Positions 6,667-16,002 are shown, numbered from the stretch's first letter. The stretch: 28,869 nt of DNA from an uncultured Candidatus Saccharibacteria bacterium (GCA_964630035.1 CAZVSK010000002.1:14473-43341); one strand, 5' to 3'. Made by a program: numbers and translations. The notes: generated by a model not told the origin, from the sequence alone.

Positions 6667-8235
6667 TTATTCAACAGAAATCCTGTCACCATTATTCAAT
6701 CCTGACAAAATTTCAGTTCTTCCGTCTGAACCTCTCAATCCAGTTTTCACTTCAATTTTCTCACTTTCTTTTTTATTTTCATCACCAATCAAGCGATTCA
6801 CAAAATATATACCATCTTCCAAAAGAAGATTTCTCGTAGGAACATATAAAACGTTTTCTTTTTTTTCAATGAGTATGTCCGCATCCGCTGTAAGACCCGG
6901 AATGATGCGGGTATCGCTCTCTTTGAAAGCGAGACGCGTCTTATAATTCGGAACCCCGTCTTTAATCGTCTCTGAGAGATCTATCTCAATAACAGATGCT
7001 TCAAATGACATTCCCTGTCCATACGCATCAAAAGTGACTTTCGCAGAATTTCCTTTTTTTACTTTGACTACATCAGATTCCGTAAGATATGTCTCTATTT
7101 CAAACGTGCCTGTGCCGATAAGACCTATAACTGGAGATTGCGCAACAATATCACCAACCTGAGGAACAATTTTTGTAACAGTTCCGGCAAAAGGAGCGCG
7201 AAGCACCGTTTTTTCATATTGAGTTCTGTAATACATTTCATTTCCTCTCGCCTGCTCAACCTGCGCTTCTTGCGCCAAAATCTGCTCTGAAGTTGATCCG
7301 GCTTTCATTAGATCAAGTTCATTTTTTGTTTTTTGAACGATTATTTTCTGCGAATCAATCGTCTGCTCCTGCGTACTGAGAGATGTATATGTTGTATTAA
7401 CATTTGTACGCGCCGTATAAATATTGGATTTATATGTGCTAACCGTTGTTGCAGAAAGACCGATTGCTCCGTCAACCGCATCAAGTATGCGCGTCAAAAA
7501 ATCTCTGATAGATGCGAGATTTTTTTCTCCGAGCTTAACCGCAGACATAAGATTCTCATAGTCAGCGTCGGAATTAATCTTTGACATTTCTGACCTCCAA
7601 TTTTCCAGATTCAACCCCGAGCGATAACGCATTGCAATAATATCAATTTCCGCCTGTGCATTTGATGTCGTAAATGTTAATTTTGGATTAGCCGTATCGT
7701 CATCCGTGAAAATATCATCAATTTTCGTGCGCACCACATCATCCGCCTTCGCATATGCATCATTCAAAATATCCCTGATGCTTCTATAATCATTATCTAA
7801 ATCCTGTTCGGCACGCTTTAATTCAGTTTCTTTGATTGCGATTTCTTCCGGTCTTGATCCGCGTTTCAACTCCTGAAGTTTCGCTTCTTGAGCTTTTAGT
7901 GTTGCCTGTGCCTGCGTGATTTGAGCCAGAAGATCTCCGTTTTCCAACTGCATAAGAATATCTCCGCGACCAACGGAACTTCCCACTTTAACAGGGATTG
8001 ACTTAACCCTCCCTCCTTTTTCAAATGCAAGTTCAACGCTTTTTGAGGGAACCACTTTTCCTGTCACACTTACTTCTGATACCACATCCCCCATTTTAGC
8101 TTCCGCAAAAACTGTCTCACTCCCGTTTTTCCCTCGAAAAACGAAAAAGGCCACGACAATAACTATCGCTATTCCTACAATCACAAACCACTTCCTTTTT
8201 TTCCCACTAAAAAACTTTTTTTGTTTTTCTTCCAT
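6667..8235 (-). CDS. Efflux RND/MacA-type periplasmic adaptor with long coiled coil
   Basis: N-terminal TM helix, lipoyl-like VELAFEKGGRVKSIPVKVG and LRAPFAGTV halves around a long helical region, C-terminal VKTGLRG...EILSGL. Confidence 0.88.
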   Translation of the reverse strand: MEEKQKKFFSGKKRKWFVIVGIAIVIVVAFFVFRGKNGSETVFAEAKMGDVVSEVSVTGKVVPSKSVELAFEKGGRVKSIPVKVGSSVGRGDILMQLENGDLLAQITQAQATLKAQEAKLQELKRGSRPEEIAIKETELKRAEQDLDNDYRSIRDILNDAYAKADDVVRTKIDDIFTDDDTANPKLTFTTSNAQAEIDIIAMRYRSGLNLENWRSEMSKINSDADYENLMSAVKLGEKNLASIRDFLTRILDAVDGAIGLSATTVSTYKSNIYTARTNVNTTYTSLSTQEQTIDSQKIIVQKTKNELDLMKAGSTSEQILAQEAQVEQARGNEMYYRTQYEKTVLRAPFAGTVTKIVPQVGDIVAQSPVIGLIGTGTFEIETYLTESDVVKVKKGNSAKVTFDAYGQGMSFEASVIEIDLSETIKDGVPNYKTRLAFKESDTRIIPGLTADADILIEKKENVLYVPTRNLLLEDGIYFVNRLIGDENKKESEKIEVKTGLRGSDGRTEILSGLNNGDRISVE

Positions 8236-8557
8236 ATTTTTTATCTTCTTTTTTTTCTTTAAATTTTTGCAATTCCAATTTTAAAACCTTTCGTATTGAA
8301 TCTATTCCATCTCTCGCATCATCAGCAAAATTCTCAGCGCGAAGCGTCTTTCCCGGTAGAGACACGGTCGCCTCTACATAAAAAACATCTCCTTTTTTAT
8401 GATGTCTCGTTGCCCGCGCTATTTCAACAAAAAGCGTCGTTTCGCCCTCTTTCTCAAAACGGGAAATCATCTTCCCGAGAGGAACAAGTTTGTCATTAAC
8501 GTATTTCTTTATGGACGGCGTCAGATCAATCTTATTACCCAATATGTCTATCTTCAT
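8207..8557 (-). CDS. hpf: Ribosome hibernation promoting factor / RaiA (short form)
   Basis: MKIDILGNKIDLTPSIKKYVNDKL...FYVEATVSLPGKTLRAE...GID pattern; start taken at ATG 8557. Confidence 0.85.
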   Translation of the reverse strand: MKIDILGNKIDLTPSIKKYVNDKLVPLGKMISRFEKEGETTLFVEIARATRHHKKGDVFYVEATVSLPGKTLRAENFADDARDGIDSIRKVLKLELQKFKEKKEDKKYGRKTKKVF

Positions 8558-8605
8558 GCACATTTATGATACCACGCAAAACAACCTTGTGAAATAGAAG
8601 AGTTT

Positions 8606-9937
8606 TTATGAAAAAAAAGATTTTATGAAAGAAGATAGGTCTTTTTTATCCATCTCTTTCTGAATATTCTCCTTCAGAAACTTGACCTGTGTAGTACCCT
8701 TTTTCTCTTCATCCGGACCAACAATGACCACAAAAGGAATCTCTCTTTTCAAAGCGTATGTAATCTGATCTCTAAGAGGGTTTTCTTCTTCAAAATAAAA
8801 CTCGGAATGTATTCCGTTTCTCCTTAAATCAGATACGATACCAAGTGCATATGAACGAAGTCCTGGGAGAAAACACACAAGTGCCTGTGTGGGGCTTTTT
8901 TTCTTTTGTATAACATTTAATTTTTCAAGCGCAGAATACAACCGATCTAAACCCAAAGAAGCTCCTGTTGCGGGAATATTTTCTCCACCGAATCTTGATA
9001 TTAAGCCATCATATCTCCCCCCCGAAAATATACTTCCAATTCCGGGCATATCATCTAAAACGGTTTCAAAAACAGCGCCTGTGTAGTATCCCAATCCACG
9101 AGCAACAGAAAAATCAAATTCCCATTTTTTTCTATCAACTCCAAGAGCTGATAATGCAAAATATATCTCTCTCATATCACTCAATCCATCCATTCCTATT
9201 TTTGATTTTTTTAAATACGGCTCCGCTAAACGTATTGCATCTTCTTGTTTTTGTGCTCGTATTTCACTAAATTCTTTAATCTCTGATATTTTTTTCTTTG
9301 TTATATACTGTTCAAGCTCTTCAGAAACTCCTGACCATCCCTTTTTATCCAGTTTATCCATAGAACGCAACACATCACTGCGTTTTCCTTTTTCAATCCC
9401 GGCACACTCACATAAACCATCAAGAATCTTTCTGCTATTTACCCTGATTGAAAAATCACGAACACCAAGAGAAACCATCGTTTCATACATAAGAGAAATA
9501 ATTTCAGCATCCGCGATTGGGCTTTGTATCCCTACGATGTCTGCGTCGCATTGCATAAATTCACGATACCTTCCCGCCTGAGGACGCTCACCTCTCCACA
9601 CTCTTCCGATTTGATATCTTTTGAATGGTTTTGAAAAATATGAATTACGTAAAGCCATAACACGCGCGAGTGGAACCGTAAGATCAAAACGTAAAGCAAG
9701 TCCTTTTTCGCCACCAGAGGAAGTAGAAATTTTGAATATCTGTTTGTTAAAATTTTCATCTCCCGCCGTCAATACATTTTCTTTTTCAACCGCGGGTGTA
9801 TCAAGTGGGGTAAAACCGAAAAGCTCAAACGTCTCAGTAATTTTTTTAATAATATCATTACGGGGAATCATTTCCTCGGGCAAATAATCACGAAATCCAC
9901 TTGGAATATCTATGTCTATTTTTTTCTTTACTGTCAT
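8606..9937 (-). CDS. hisS: Histidine--tRNA ligase
   Basis: PSGFRDYLP, LRFDLTVPLAR, WRGERPQAGRYREFMQCDADIVG, ARGLGYYTG, GGRYDGL, GASLGLDRL. Confidence 0.97.
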   Translation of the reverse strand: MTVKKKIDIDIPSGFRDYLPEEMIPRNDIIKKITETFELFGFTPLDTPAVEKENVLTAGDENFNKQIFKISTSSGGEKGLALRFDLTVPLARVMALRNSYFSKPFKRYQIGRVWRGERPQAGRYREFMQCDADIVGIQSPIADAEIISLMYETMVSLGVRDFSIRVNSRKILDGLCECAGIEKGKRSDVLRSMDKLDKKGWSGVSEELEQYITKKKISEIKEFSEIRAQKQEDAIRLAEPYLKKSKIGMDGLSDMREIYFALSALGVDRKKWEFDFSVARGLGYYTGAVFETVLDDMPGIGSIFSGGRYDGLISRFGGENIPATGASLGLDRLYSALEKLNVIQKKKSPTQALVCFLPGLRSYALGIVSDLRRNGIHSEFYFEEENPLRDQITYALKREIPFVVIVGPDEEKKGTTQVKFLKENIQKEMDKKDLSSFIKSFFS

Positions 9938-10043
9938 TTTTTTATTTTACACCAAAAAAATGATTTTTTCAATGTAAATCAATTTGTTTACTTTTATTTT
10001 ATGCTCTATACCTATTTGAAAAGAGGGCTTATGATGTGAGTAT

Positions 10044-10757
10044 ATGGGAAATATTCTTTCAATAATAATCCCGGCAAAGAACGAGGAAAAACACATAGGA
10101 AAGCTACTTGAATCAATACGTTATCAGGATTATACCGACATAGGACGCGTTCCGATATTTGTCGCTGATGCACAGTCAACGGACGCAACGCGTAAAATCG
10201 CGGAAGGTTTTAAAAATGACCTGAGTGTGTCAGTCATTGAAGGAGGCCCAGTTTCAATAGGAAGGAATAACGGAGCAAAAATGTCCGAAGAAAAATATCT
10301 CCTATTTCTTGATGCTGATGTGGAATTGCGTGACCGGTCAATCATCAGGAGGGTTATAGAAAAAGCGGAAAGAAAAAACCTGCATTGCGCGGGAGCATAT
10401 ATAATATGTCCTGAAGGAAATATAATGGACCGTTTCACCTACTTTTTGAGCAATTGTGTGCAATTTTTTTCGCAATTTTCATCCCCTTTCGCAACAGGAA
10501 TGTTTTTTTTCATAAAGAAAGATATTTTTGAAAAGCTCGGAGGATTTAATTCTCACGTACAATATGCCGAGGATTATTTCCTCTCTAAAAACATCTCTCC
10601 TTCAAAATTTTTTATCGCTGGAAGCGTAGCAACAACAAACAGAAGATTTCAAAAAATGGGACACTGGAAAATCATAAAAGAATTTTTAAGAACTGCATTG
10701 AATGCAAAAAACCAATCTCATTTTTTCAGAAATAAAATAGATGGATATTGGGAATAA
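10044..10757 (+). CDS. Glycosyltransferase family 2
   Basis: LSIIIPAKNEE, VADAQSTD, GRNNGA, LFLDAD (DxD motif), AEDYFL. Confidence 0.9.
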   Translation: MGNILSIIIPAKNEEKHIGKLLESIRYQDYTDIGRVPIFVADAQSTDATRKIAEGFKNDLSVSVIEGGPVSIGRNNGAKMSEEKYLLFLDADVELRDRSIIRRVIEKAERKNLHCAGAYIICPEGNIMDRFTYFLSNCVQFFSQFSSPFATGMFFFIKKDIFEKLGGFNSHVQYAEDYFLSKNISPSKFFIAGSVATTNRRFQKMGHWKIIKEFLRTALNAKNQSHFFRNKIDGYWE

Positions 10758-10782
10758 AATCCCCGCTTTCGGCGGGTTTTTT
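10757..10782. terminator. Bidirectional terminator
   Basis: aaaatCCCCGCtttcGGCGGGtttttt between convergent genes. Confidence 0.7.
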
Positions 10783-11002
10783 AATCAATTTGATTTTCCT
10801 GCTTCAAAAGATAGATCTGCCTCTCAAAATTCATAAGTTGTTTATTCAGACTTTGTATTGTTTTAACATTCTTATCTATAAGAACGTCCGTGACATATAC
10901 CTGCCACCAATACAACGCGCCAATCGCGACAATAATGATAAGTGTCTGTGCAACGATAAAATACGTAAATCCTTTTCCTTTTGGCTTTATGAGAGAACTC
11001 AT
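10781..11002 (-). CDS. Small membrane-anchored hypothetical protein
   Basis: 73 aa with one hydrophobic helix followed by a coiled-coil-like tail; ends at the terminator. Confidence 0.6.
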   Translation of the reverse strand: MSSLIKPKGKGFTYFIVAQTLIIIVAIGALYWWQVYVTDVLIDKNVKTIQSLNKQLMNFERQIYLLKQENQID

Positions 11003-11121
11003 ATGTGTTTATTTATTATATCATATTTAATAAAAACAGGCGGACATAATTGACTTTATTTGAAAAAACCACTAACGTGCACCATAGTATTATTCCAAAA
11101 CAAAATAAGGAGAGTAAGAAA

Positions 11122-11481
11122 ATGACAAAAGAAGCGAGAGTTTTCATTGCCGAATATATGATGGAAAAATTCGGTTTTGATCCCATCCAAGACGAGGTAT
11201 ATGCAATTGTTCCGGAAGGGAGGAGAGATATAGCTGTTGTTCGCGCAATGATATAAAAAAAACGCGAGAATTATATTTTTCTCGTCTGGATAAACAAAAA
11301 AGGGAAGCTCCAAAAAATAGAGCTAAAAGAATCATCCGAAGGGAGAGATATACACGTTGACCAAATATTAATTCAGAATAAAGAAATTATCATATCCATA
11401 GATTCTGGAGAAGGATACAGCAAACGTCATCTTATGGAAAAGCTTAAAATAAATTTAAGCGAATTAAAAGGTTTGAAATAA
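11122..11481 (+). pseudogene. Hypothetical gene interrupted by a single in-frame TAA (11254-11256)
   Basis: Shine-Dalgarno AAGGAG then ATG 11122. After TAA at codon 45 the same frame stays open for 74 more codons (KKRENYIFLVWINKKGKLQKIELKE...LKGLK) to TAA 11479-11481, just before a terminator. Confidence 0.6.
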
Positions 11482-11491
11482 ATTAAAAAAT

Positions 11492-11521
11492 AAAACCGCC
11501 ACTCAATGGAGTGGCGGTTTT
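11492..11521. terminator. Bidirectional terminator (CCGCCACTC hairpin)
   Basis: aaaaCCGCCACTC-aatg-GAGTGGCGGtttt. Confidence 0.75.
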
Positions 11522-11527
11522 GAAATT

Positions 11528-11833
11528 TTAATATCTCGGAGAGGACCTTCTGTCCCTATCAAAATTCCTTCTCGGGGGTTTGTCTCCCATCGGCTTTGCT
11601 TCATTCACAACAAGCGTTCTTCCATTGAAATCTTTTCCATTCCAACTTTCAATCGCTTTGTCCGCCTCATCGTCATTCGCCATTTCAACAAATCCGAATC
11701 CGCGTGAGCGTCCGGACATTTTGTCGGTGATGATTGACGCAGACGTCACTTCGCCGATCTGTGCAAACGCATCCTTTAATTCTTCTTCAGTGGTGCGATA
11801 CGGCAAACCTCCAACGTATAATCTTTTTGACAT
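11528..11833 (-). CDS. Single-RRM RNA-binding protein
   Basis: MSKRLYVGGL (RNP2), RSRGFGFVEM (RNP1), LVVNEAKP, Arg-rich tail; true start probably ATG 11833. Confidence 0.93.
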   Translation of the reverse strand: MSKRLYVGGLPYRTTEEELKDAFAQIGEVTSASIITDKMSGRSRGFGFVEMANDDEADKAIESWNGKDFNGRTLVVNEAKPMGDKPPRRNFDRDRRSSPRY

Positions 11834-11837
11834 ATGT

Positions 11838-11944
11838 AAGTCATTACTTCGTAGGACGACCCTTTCTCTCTCTGCGTCGTCCCCGAACCAATGAAGATGT
11901 TTTCCATACTTCACTGAAGAAACTAAGCGTATGAGATCCTACGC
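11838..11944 (-). promoter_or_regulatory. Structured 5' leader of the RRM gene
   Basis: Hairpins GCGTA/TACGC, TGAAG/CTTCA, GGACGAC/GTCGTCC and AAGT/ACTT downstream of TTTACA-16-TAGTAT (11977-11950). Confidence 0.45.
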
Positions 11945-11996
11945 ATTCAATACTACAACTATTCCACGAAATGTAAAGTCCTAAAAAACCTCATTA

Positions 11997-13679
11997 TTAC
12001 ATGCATTTTTTACACAAATCACGCACATCTGCCGGAACAAAATCACATGAAGGAGCCATTTTGAATTTTGCACACATTTCAGGAGTTGGAGCGGGCATTC
12101 CCCCTCCTTCTGGAGCGCCTTGTGGCATCGGAGGAGTTATCCCCTGCATCTGTTCCTGTATAAGTCTTTGCGCTTCTTCGGCACTCCTTATCTCCCCGCG
12201 TTCTATTTTTTCCTGTATTCCGCTTGATTCTATTTTTTGACGAACCATGTCCTGCATTTCTGGGGGAACCTGATTCATTCCTTCTTCCATTCCACGCCTC
12301 ATCGCTTCCTGCATTGCCTTCCCACATTCTTCAAACACACCTCCCACTTCTGGGCCAATCTCCACATCCGCTCCTAATTTAATTTTTTCCAAAAGATCCT
12401 TTCCTAATTTGTTTTCCACACATGAATACATTTCCGGAGGAATTGTGGAAAGAGCTTCGCGTATTTTTTTCAATCCATCTTCCTTCATCTGACCGAAACA
12501 TTTCTTCATAACATCCCCCATCTCGGGAGTCGGAGCACCACCATTCCGTATTGCATCAAGTGCATTTTTTCCTCCTAGACCATCTTCAAGGCATTTAAGA
12601 GTTGCTGGATCAGCCATTGAAAGACCTTTTTCCATCTTCTCTTTGATTTTTGGCATAAATGATTCTACGCATGATTTCACCTGCTCTCCCAAAAGAGGTC
12701 CGGGCGCAAGAGTTCCAGCTTCAATTTTTTGGACAACATCCTGACCTATTTTCTCTTTGAGACAAGAAACCATTTCCTCTGGCATCTGGCTTATCCCCGC
12801 GCGGAGACGCCCCATACCTTCCTCTATTTCTTTAAGTTTGTCTTCAGGAATAATATTATGCTCCTTTGCAAAAGCGAAACATGTATCCTGATTTTCAGGA
12901 ATATTGCAAAATGCGTCACACGCTTCTTTTGATCTGCATCCTCCAGGACCCCTTCCTCCTGTTTTTTTCGCGAGTTCAAGTTCTTCCGCACTGATTATTC
13001 CGGCTTTTTCCGCAAACGCCACGCATTCACTGAAATTCCCCTCCAAGGCGCAATATGATTCACATTCCGCTTTCGTTTTACACTTACCGGGAGACTCACC
13101 TTTCGCTATAAGAGGAAGGACTTTTCGCGCCTGTTCGGCCTCTTCTTTGGAAAGAATTCCCATTTTCTCTCCGAATGAAAGGCATTCTTCAGAGTTCGCC
13201 GAATCAGAGCAATATTTTTCGCACTCTCCTTTATTTTTGCACTGTCCCGGCAACTGACCGCCCTCTTTCAACGCTTTTGCAACCATTTTTGCTTCGGCAA
13301 GATCCTCCAATTTCATAAAATTATGCTTTTCCGCAAACGCCACGCACTCTTCCGCATGCAAAATATCGTCGCAATATGTTTCGCAATCTACTTTATTTCT
13401 GCACTGTCCGGGACCTTCCCCTTTTAGAACATCTGCAAATTCCTTCGCCCGTTCCGCATCTTCTTTAGAAATAAGATTATTTTTTTCTCCAAATGCAACA
13501 CACTCGGAAATGTGTTCCGGATTGTTGCAATATGCTTTGCACGCTTCCTGACTTCCGCAATTTCCCAATTCCGGAACGGGAAAAGAAATCTGCGGAGTTT
13601 GCGCATGCACGATTAAAATTCCGCTTGCACACGCAATACCAAAAAGAACGACTACACCTGGAATAAAAAAACGTTTCAT
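11997..13679 (-). CDS. Exported Cys-rich repeat protein
   Basis: Signal-peptide-like MKRFFIPGVVVLFGIACA from ATG 13679 (the track start at 13835 overlaps the upstream gene). Five GxC-x5-C-x3-C-x7-C-x2-F repeats, three two-Cys helical repeats, and a Cys-rich C-terminal tip. Confidence 0.8.
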   Translation of the reverse strand: MKRFFIPGVVVLFGIACASGILIVHAQTPQISFPVPELGNCGSQEACKAYCNNPEHISECVAFGEKNNLISKEDAERAKEFADVLKGEGPGQCRNKVDCETYCDDILHAEECVAFAEKHNFMKLEDLAEAKMVAKALKEGGQLPGQCKNKGECEKYCSDSANSEECLSFGEKMGILSKEEAEQARKVLPLIAKGESPGKCKTKAECESYCALEGNFSECVAFAEKAGIISAEELELAKKTGGRGPGGCRSKEACDAFCNIPENQDTCFAFAKEHNIIPEDKLKEIEEGMGRLRAGISQMPEEMVSCLKEKIGQDVVQKIEAGTLAPGPLLGEQVKSCVESFMPKIKEKMEKGLSMADPATLKCLEDGLGGKNALDAIRNGGAPTPEMGDVMKKCFGQMKEDGLKKIREALSTIPPEMYSCVENKLGKDLLEKIKLGADVEIGPEVGGVFEECGKAMQEAMRRGMEEGMNQVPPEMQDMVRQKIESSGIQEKIERGEIRSAEEAQRLIQEQMQGITPPMPQGAPEGGGMPAPTPEMCAKFKMAPSCDFVPADVRDLCKKCM

Positions 13680-13680
13680 A

Positions 13681-13935
13681 TTATTCAAATGGATTTGTAT
13701 ACGCCCCTTTGTACGGATTTGTTTCCGTTCTGAATGGATTTGCTTCCGGAATTTTTTCCGCAGGATTCTGAGGAAGCGCATCATAGAGAGTTCCCCCGAG
13801 AGTGTTCTCTTGGATGAGAGATTTCTCTTCATCACTTACTACTCCACCGTTCTCACTTTTTTTCGCGAGAAGAAAAAAACCAGCGACAATGATGATGATA
13901 CACACAATCACTATCGCAATTGCTTTCATGTTCAT
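13681..13935 (-). CDS. Small membrane-anchored protein with NP(F/Y) repeats
   Basis: N-terminal TM helix; tail QNPAE, ANPF, TNPY, TNPFE; stop codon 1 nt before the Cys-repeat gene ATG. Confidence 0.7.
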   Translation of the reverse strand: MNMKAIAIVIVCIIIIVAGFFLLAKKSENGGVVSDEEKSLIQENTLGGTLYDALPQNPAEKIPEANPFRTETNPYKGAYTNPFE

Positions 13936-13980
13936 AAAAAAGAAAAATAAAAGACCTTTGTAAAATTCTCTTTTATTATA

Positions 13981-14838
13981 TCACGCGGATAGTGTGCTGT
14001 GTGTGGCAATATTTTCCGCCTCTCTTAAAACCTTCTCAAGCTTTGATCGCGAAAGATTGAATTCGGAAAGAATGGAAGGATCTTCTTTCACCTGACGACA
14101 AAGAACAATATTTTTCTGAAGAAGCGCACGATGCTGTCCAGGACGAAGTGTTGTGAGACATGTAACAGGATGAAGACCTAATGATTCAATAAGATACTGC
14201 AAACTCCCGTTGTGTGGATAGCTCCACCCTATTGCCTTCATGCCGACACATTCTGCGTATGCAATGGCGTCGCCCGTGAGTTTTGTATTTGTTACAAGCC
14301 ATATTTCATTGAAATCGCACATACGTCCTTTTTCCGCGGAACATTTGCGTTGTATGTCTTCAAAACGCGCGCGTACATATAAAGCTGTTTTTACGTCTGA
14401 TTTCATCCCCTGCTCGTTATGAAATTTGCATTCAACAAGTATTCTTTTCCCTCCTTTCTCCGCAACAACATCCACTTCGTGATTCACACACGCCCCTTCA
14501 ACAATTTTTCCTATTTCCACTGAATAACCTTGGGATCGGAAAAGTTCTCCGACAAGATATTCAAAAGGGTGCCCGCTCGGACCCATGTCCAAAACCGCTT
14601 TCTTAAGATGATACCGCGCGGCGGAAATTCTCTCTTCCCTTCTCAAAAGGGAAAACGCCCTCCTATAAATATCGGCAGTTGACACCACATCCCCGTTTTC
14701 AAATAAAGACACAATTTCAGACACGACGCGATTGATAAGATTCTCATCAGCTCCCGATCGCGCGAGAGAGTCCTTTAATTTTTTTTCCGAAAAATGCTCT
14801 TTTTCCCCCGATTCCTTGATAACGAAAAGATTTTTCAT
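13981..14838 (-). CDS. ATP-cone plus Mrr-like restriction endonuclease domain protein
   Basis: N-terminal VIKESGEKEHFSEKKLKDSLARSGA (ATP cone), then GHPFEYLVGELF and HEVDVVAEK...LVECKFH (PD-(D/E)XK) and LVTNTKLT. Confidence 0.8.
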   Translation of the reverse strand: MKNLFVIKESGEKEHFSEKKLKDSLARSGADENLINRVVSEIVSLFENGDVVSTADIYRRAFSLLRREERISAARYHLKKAVLDMGPSGHPFEYLVGELFRSQGYSVEIGKIVEGACVNHEVDVVAEKGGKRILVECKFHNEQGMKSDVKTALYVRARFEDIQRKCSAEKGRMCDFNEIWLVTNTKLTGDAIAYAECVGMKAIGWSYPHNGSLQYLIESLGLHPVTCLTTLRPGQHRALLQKNIVLCRQVKEDPSILSEFNLSRSKLEKVLREAENIATHSTLSA

Positions 14839-14952
14839 TTTATATATACATTAATTATAACCAATTTTTATTGTCGCGTGAATCCGCAAAAATACTGGGA
14901 AAAGGATTGCGAAAAAATAAGACTTCGGTTAGTGTGAAGACAAACAATTCAT

Positions 14953-16002
14953 ATGAACGAAAAAAACACACAATACACGAATGTGTCCGTCTCAAAACCA
15001 AAACTTTCAATAGTGGAGATACGCGGGGAAATTACGGCGCAATGTCTTGAAGAACATAAAGCGAAAGCAGTCGCAAGAATGAAAAGAGATTTTGAAATGC
15101 CCGGTTTCAGAAAAGGAAAGGTCCCTGAACACATACTTGAAAAAAATATCAATGAGAAACATCTTCTTGAAGACGCCGCATATTCGGCGCTTGAAGATGT
15201 TTATCCGAACATCATACACGAACACAACATACCCGTTTTCACCCGCCCTTTCATTTCCATTACAAAGCTCGCTTTCGGAAGTCCTGTGGAATTTTCAATA
15301 TCCGTGGGAATTATTCCGGAATTTAAACTCCCGAATTACAAAAAAATAGCGGAAATGATAATAAAAAAAGAAACACAGGAAGGTGTAACTGACAAAGATG
15401 TTGAAGATGTAATTAAACGTATACAAATTATGCGCGCCCCGCTCAAAAAGAAAGAAAAAGAATCCGATCCAGATGAGACGGAAACACCGGAACTTACGGA
15501 TGAATTCGTGAAAACACTCGGACAATTTGAGAATGTAGATGATTTCAGAAAAAAAATACGCGAAAATATCGCAATGGAAAAAGAGTTTGAATTTAAAAGA
15601 AGAAGAAGAGAATCTATTGCGAAAGAACTTGTTGAAAAGACGGATATGACAATTCCAGCTATTCTCCTTGACGAAGAAATAGAACGCGTGCAGGAAGAGA
15701 TAAACGCAGAAGCGACAAAATACGGAATAAGCAAAGAAGAATATTATGGAAAGATTGGGAAAACCGAAGAAGATTTTCTAAAAAATCAGAGAATGAACGC
15801 AGAAAACCAATACAAGATGAAATTGATACTCAAAAAAATCGCGGAAACGGAAAACATACGTCCTTCTGAAAAAGAAATTGAAAGCGAATGTACTCACATA
15901 GAGAAACATTACGGCTCCGCACATCCCGATCGCATACGCGCATATGCCGAAGAAATGCTCACAAATGAAAAAACACTCCAATTTCTTGAAAAAAGCGCAT
16001 AA
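14953..16002 (+). CDS. tig: Trigger factor lacking the FKBP domain
   Basis: Ribosome-binding motif MPGFRKGKVP. VTDKDVEDVI joins PELTDEFVKTLG via a short charged linker with no PPIase domain; C-terminal SurA-like domain follows. Confidence 0.9.
   Translation: MNEKNTQYTNVSVSKPKLSIVEIRGEITAQCLEEHKAKAVARMKRDFEMPGFRKGKVPEHILEKNINEKHLLEDAAYSALEDVYPNIIHEHNIPVFTRPFISITKLAFGSPVEFSISVGIIPEFKLPNYKKIAEMIIKKETQEGVTDKDVEDVIKRIQIMRAPLKKKEKESDPDETETPELTDEFVKTLGQFENVDDFRKKIRENIAMEKEFEFKRRRRESIAKELVEKTDMTIPAILLDEEIERVQEEINAEATKYGISKEEYYGKIGKTEEDFLKNQRMNAENQYKMKLILKKIAETENIRPSEKEIESECTHIEKHYGSAHPDRIRAYAEEMLTNEKTLQFLEKSA

Noticed and set aside
3381-8235. Tandem MacB-like permeases as a novelty
   Set aside because: Adaptor, ATPase and one or two permeases is a common ABC export arrangement and nothing unusual was seen in its motifs.
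3392-9887. Numerous plus-strand and off-frame ORFs across the ABC, hpf and hisS block
   Set aside because: They overlap well-supported minus-strand genes and translate to low-complexity Ser/Phe/Ile-rich shadow sequences.
11254-11256. Alternative genetic code or programmed readthrough
   Set aside because: TAA ends many intact genes here and no conserved gene needs TGA or TAA readthrough, so code 11 fits; a point mutation or error is more likely.
13680-13835. N-terminal 52-aa extension of the Cys-repeat protein given by the track
   Set aside because: It overlaps the upstream NPF-peptide gene in another frame; the signal-peptide-like sequence starts at ATG 13679.
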